NCBI GenBank assembly: GCA_013239625.1
Contig: MU053216.1
Location: 1,390,943-1,454,942, forward strand
DNA from: Lama guanicoe
Lineage: Eukaryota
Reading direction: 5' to 3'
DNA length: 64,000 nt
A model generated the notes under the pieces. That model had not been told where the DNA came from. It did not search any database and was given only the letters and a program-made list of their open reading frames with translations. The position numbers and the translations under genes are program-made. Below, piece after piece: positions 59,557 to 64,000 of this stretch (position 1 is the stretch's first letter; every line of letters starts with the position of its first letter).

Positions 59557-60274
59557 CTCAAAATATAAAAACGTTACTTTGAATTTATATTCAAAATAAC
59601 AACAAAATATCGTGCACCTTTAAAAGCGTGTTCAGATCTCTGATGTCAAATGCCAGGAGCACTCAAATGAACACCCCATCTCTCCGGGCCGCGCTCGGGG
59701 TAACTTCCTCCTGCTGACTAATCCCCCCTTCAATGATGTCTAACCTCCTGTCTAAACTTTTTATTTCAACAACTAAAATTTTAAATTCCTAAAGCTGCAT
59801 TTCATTCTTTTTCCAGTATACCCTCCACTTTGCCTTTATCTTTCCTATGGCTTTTACTCCACGTTTTCTTTTCAGCCCCTCACACATTTATTTATTTTCA
59901 TCTTTTCAAACTGTTCTCTCTCTGAAGTTCTCACGTGTGACCCTCATCCGCCACGTTCGCTGACTCTCATGAGTACCAGACTGTCCTCACGTGTTTCCTC
60001 ACCTAAAAATCATCTATTTGGAAATATGAGAAACTTATTTCATTCTTGGATTCAAAGAATACTTACTGAGCACCTGAAGCATATAGCTCCCTCCCTGAGT
60101 GCTCTGAATTCTGTACTAATCTGATATGAACTAGATTAATCATAAATGTAATTACAGATATTGTGGCATCTATGTTCCTCATTTTAACAGCATTTTTTTA
60201 AGTCAAAAGGGAAATTTTAAGAGAGGTTACACAGCTTTCGCTTTCACTTTGATTTAAGACTGAGTAGCGCAGTC

Positions 60275-60625
60275 TGTCTTAGTCAGCACAGGCTGCTCTA
60301 ACAAAAATTCCCATAGGCTGGGAGGCCTGTCCACAGGAGACATTCCTTTCTCACAGTTCTGGGGGTTGGGGAGTCCCAGATCAAGGCGCCAGCAGATTCG
60401 GTGTCCGGGGAGCCTGCTTCCTGGCCATCGTCTTGCTGCATCCTCACACGGCAGGAGGGGCGAGGGGCTCTCTGGGTCTCTCTTATAAGGGCACTGATCC
60501 CACGCATGAGGCCCAGGCCCCTGTGACCTCGTCAGCCCCAGGGGCCTCACCCCCTAACACCACCACATTGGGGGGTCTGACTGCAACACTGAATTGGGGG
60601 GGGCACAAACATTCAGTCCAGAGCA
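60275..60625 (-). mobile_element. MLT1A-type MaLR solo LTR
   Basis: Minus strand begins TGCTCTGGACTGAATGTTTGTGCCCCCCC and ends ...GACTAAGACA; internal 'tctcttataagggcac' and 'tctcacagttctg'. Confidence 0.85.
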
Positions 60626-60699
60626 GAGCCAGATGGCTAACCAAGGATGCCAGCTCCCTGGTAACGGGGCTCCGCTGGCTGGCGGGAGCACACGCCTAC

Positions 60700-60861
60700 C
60701 TTGTTCACCCAGTACATGACCGCGTCCTCGATGTCGTAGGGCAGATCTGTGGCTTGGAAAAAGGCGGAGTACTGCTGAGCACACGCCACCACCTTCTCCA
60801 CGCTGATCATCTCTACGGTGTAGGCCATCATGAGGGTATCTATCATGGCCAAGTGAGCGCT
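60700..60861 (-). CDS. CAMSAP2: CAMSAP2 exon (most 5' exon in the window; exon 3 equivalent)
   Basis: TTGCAG|AGC: SAHLAMIDTLMMAYTVEMISVEKVVACAQQYSAFFQATDLPYDIEDAVMYWVNK|GTAGGC; 162 nt. Confidence 0.96.
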
Positions 60862-61759
60862 CTGCAAACACAGAACAAAAACCCACTGGTAAAGAAACAC
60901 ACACGTAGAAGGCGCGGCTCACAGCATTTAAGCACTGATGCTTCCCGTCACGCAGCAGCAGACCTACAGGCTGCAGAAGACAAGCCGCAGAGAGCACGCA
61001 CGGCTTGTGCCGGAGACACGCTGACGGAAGCCAACGACTTGGTCAGGCCCTCGCCCAGGTCACACTCACACGCTCATCAAACGACGCGCTCTTTCCTGCT
61101 TTCCGACTCCTGACAGCGCCGTCCCCAGCCACGGGGGGCACAGCTGGCAGCCGGCAGTCACCGCGACCGCGCGTTGTGTCTGCACAGTGGACACCCGCCA
61201 CCTCTGCTTCTGAGACGTCTCCCGACCGGCCCCTCCTTCAAACCACCACCAGTTCTCACACCTGAACTGGGTAAAAACTCTGCCCGGTCTCCTGGCCCCA
61301 AGCCCCGCCTCTCCCCCTGCCTCCAGCCCAGGAACGCCGGCCTCTCCTTGGCTGGGGTTTCTGGGAGGGAGGGTTTCACACAGAAATGGTACAGGGCGGT
61401 TCTTAAAACGTCCACACATTACAACGTGTATCAAGTAGGAAGCACCCCCGCCCCTGCTCCCCAGGCAGGGCGAGCCGCTGGGATGCAGGCTTGCCAAAAC
61501 CCCGCTGCTCACCTGCGGGCAGGCCCTGCCGCTGTTTCCTGCTCCCTGGCACTGCCAACAACGCCAAACCTCTGCTTCCCTAGGGAAGGCTTCTCACTGG
61601 GGGTTAAGCTCGGATATAGAAAGGGTGCAGCAACTGACCTCCCCGCAAGAACGTCACCAAGTGTGCCCGTTCCCTCACATCTTCTGCCAGCACTCGACGT
61701 CGTCCTCTTCGCTTTCCATCCGCCATGCCAGTCTGCAGGTTGCAACACCCACTCCTGCT

Positions 61760-62230
61760 CAGGCGCTGCGCTTCTCCGATTCCTGGGGACGGACATCTCT
61801 CTGTGTGCTTAGCACTTACTTGTGTTTCTCCTGGAAACCTGCCTGCTCATGTCCTCGGCCCGTTTTTCTCTTTGGGATGTTCATCTTTCTTTCTCAATCT
61901 TTAAGAGCTCATCACACGTCAGGTACATTAGCTCTGTGTCACCCAGGCAGCAATCAGTTTTCCCTAGTCTGCCTTTGGGTTTCCCACTTTATTCAGAATG
62001 CAGCGTGCTGCAGAGAAGTTCTAAATACTTCCTTGGTAAAATCCGTCAGTCTTCAGGGTCTCCTTTATAGCTTTGAAATTCATCTCATGTTGACAAAAGG
62101 CTCCCCCTACACCCCCTCAAAATACAGAAATAACGTTCTCTACTTTTTCTATTACTGTAAATCCACCTGGAATTTATTTCTGAAGATGTTGTACACTAGA
62201 GACTAGTGATGTCTCCAAATCAGATTTCAT
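61760..62230 (-). mobile_element. Old L1 ORF2 fragment
   Basis: 'tgtgtttctcctggaaacctgcctgctcatgtcctcggcccgtttttc...aagttctaaatacttccttggtaaaatcc' resembles decayed antisense L1; boundaries approximate. Confidence 0.55.
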
Positions 62231-64000
62231 TGCATCATTCTCTCATCAAGTCTCCCTCATCTTCTTCACAGTGATGTCCAAACTCCTTAAAAAGGGTAAA
62301 GCGCTTTACCGGCTGGCCCCTCCCGACCCATGAGTCTAGCTTTATACCTCCCGGTTCCTCCCCAGTCTCCACTCCCTTCAGAACAGTCTCAGAAGGCTGC
62401 CTGCTGCTCCTAAAGCTGTCGCCAATCCACGCGCTCCCAGGCCCCTGCTGGCTGTCCCCCGTCCCCCTCGTGATGCAGACCGAGTCCTGTCTCTGGTCTG
62501 ACTGCCACCCTCCCGGGAAAGGCTTCTTCCAATTCCCTGTCCAATCAAAACGGCTCACTCCTCCTGCAGCGTGAGTACAGGCTCCTACGGAGCATCACTT
62601 AGACTTGCATTAAGCTCCTTCTCCTCCCGTTTTACTGAGACATACCGGACACACCCGCTGTCACTGAAGGTGGGCAGTGTGATGACGGGGCGTGTGCACG
62701 CTGTGAAACGATCGCCACCTTAGATCTTGTGATGCCTGCACTGAATCCTGACCGAACCATCCAGAGCCAGGCATGGGCAACAGAACTTTAAAAGCCCCCA
62801 GGGGATGCTGAGAGCAGAAGGTCTGGGGGTCACCAGCTGTCCCGCTAGTTCAAGCAGGACGGACCCCCGGGTCAGAGGGAGACTGTCGAGGTCAAGGGCG
62901 CTGTTCCAGTTGCTGTCACAGTCCCTCCACCTAACATGGCACCTGGCAACTAGCTCGCAAGGGCTGAAGCAGGGAAGGGAGTTGGTCCACTGGTCACTTT
63001 AAAGAGTGAAGAGCGAGCTTTCCTCTGCAGGTTGAGGCTGTGGGGTTTGCGCCGGAGGTGGTGGACTGGCAGCGTCTCGGGAAGGCAGGTGCTCCCTCTG
63101 AAGCAGGAAGCTTGACCACGGCCTCGTGAGCCAGCGGTGACGCCTCGTCAGGTCTACCTTCCACGCCAGCCGCCTGCCGAGCCGTCACCAGCGCCCTGGC
63201 TCTTCCCTGCAGACCTTTTCTGAAGTAAGGCTGCAGGCGACGCTCACTGTCTGCAGCCCCAAAACTCTCTGAAGGGGGCATCACGTACGCTCCTAATGCG
63301 AGGAGGCTGAAGCTCCGAAAATGCAACGGTTCGTCCAAGCCTATGGGCTCTTTCCGCTGTGCCGTGCGCTTGGCAGAAAGGAAGTCACTCAGTTTAGGAA
63401 GAAACGCGTTTTGGAGACGACAGACGTCACACGCAAGGAGGGAAACCACGCCTCGAGAGTGACGTCACGCTCCAGCCTCGCCCTCCAGTCCCACCTCCGC
63501 GGGGCTGCCCGCCCCCCGCGGCTCTGGGCCCCCTCAGCCGAGCCCCGAGCCTTCCCGCTGCGCTCCCAGCACACGTTTCAAGGGGGAAGCTCTTAGTAAT
63601 TAGTGTCTAACAGCCATGACAGCATAACTCTTTTGAACAAAAACGTGGGAAGACATTTCAAGGGCCGTAAAGCCATTCGTGTCCTCATTAAGCCTTTTTC
63701 TCTTGAATTTATTCTACAGATATGATTTAAGAGAGAAGAAAGAGCTATATGAATGAAACGGACCATTACAGTACCATACATAAGAAAGGAAGCAATGTTA
63801 CAACCACAATGAGCAATGTATGCTACCTTGAACTACTTAACAGTAGGGGGAACACGCACAACACAGTACTGAACAGAAAATCAGCACCTTACTTCAACAA
63901 CGTTTGAGACACGTATGTAAGTACTCATGCACACGTGTATGTACACACATGTACACATACACATAGCATACGTACACACACGCCTTGAACATATATATAT

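Overview
Mammalian genomic DNA, most likely a camelid (tRNA-derived Vic-1-type SINEs throughout). The window is syntenic with human 1q32.1 and all three genes lie on the minus strand. (1) CAMSAP2: 16 coding exons from 60861 down to the stop at 27762, all with GT-AG junctions in consistent phase; 4041 nt = 1346 aa + stop; the first two exons lie beyond the window; 3'UTR of ~2.5 kb. (2) GPR25: single exon, 16143-15137. (3) INAVA/C1orf106: first coding exon (288-128) and CpG island. The strongest observation is that GPR25, the CXCL17 receptor, has a ~100-nt frameshifting deletion that removes TM4. This is either a recent lineage gene loss or a GC-rich assembly error. Other items: two candidate frame-preserving CAMSAP2 microexons (21 and 15 nt), a textbook plus-strand intron suggesting a divergent lncRNA upstream of INAVA, a G-rich minisatellite abutting a weak splice donor, pervasive AT->GC drift in repeats and codons, nested and ultra-short L1 insertions with TSDs, and convergent CTCF motifs. 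Gene identities and comparisons with human proteins and repeat consensuses come from memory, not database searches. No prokaryote-type system (CRISPR etc.) is present.
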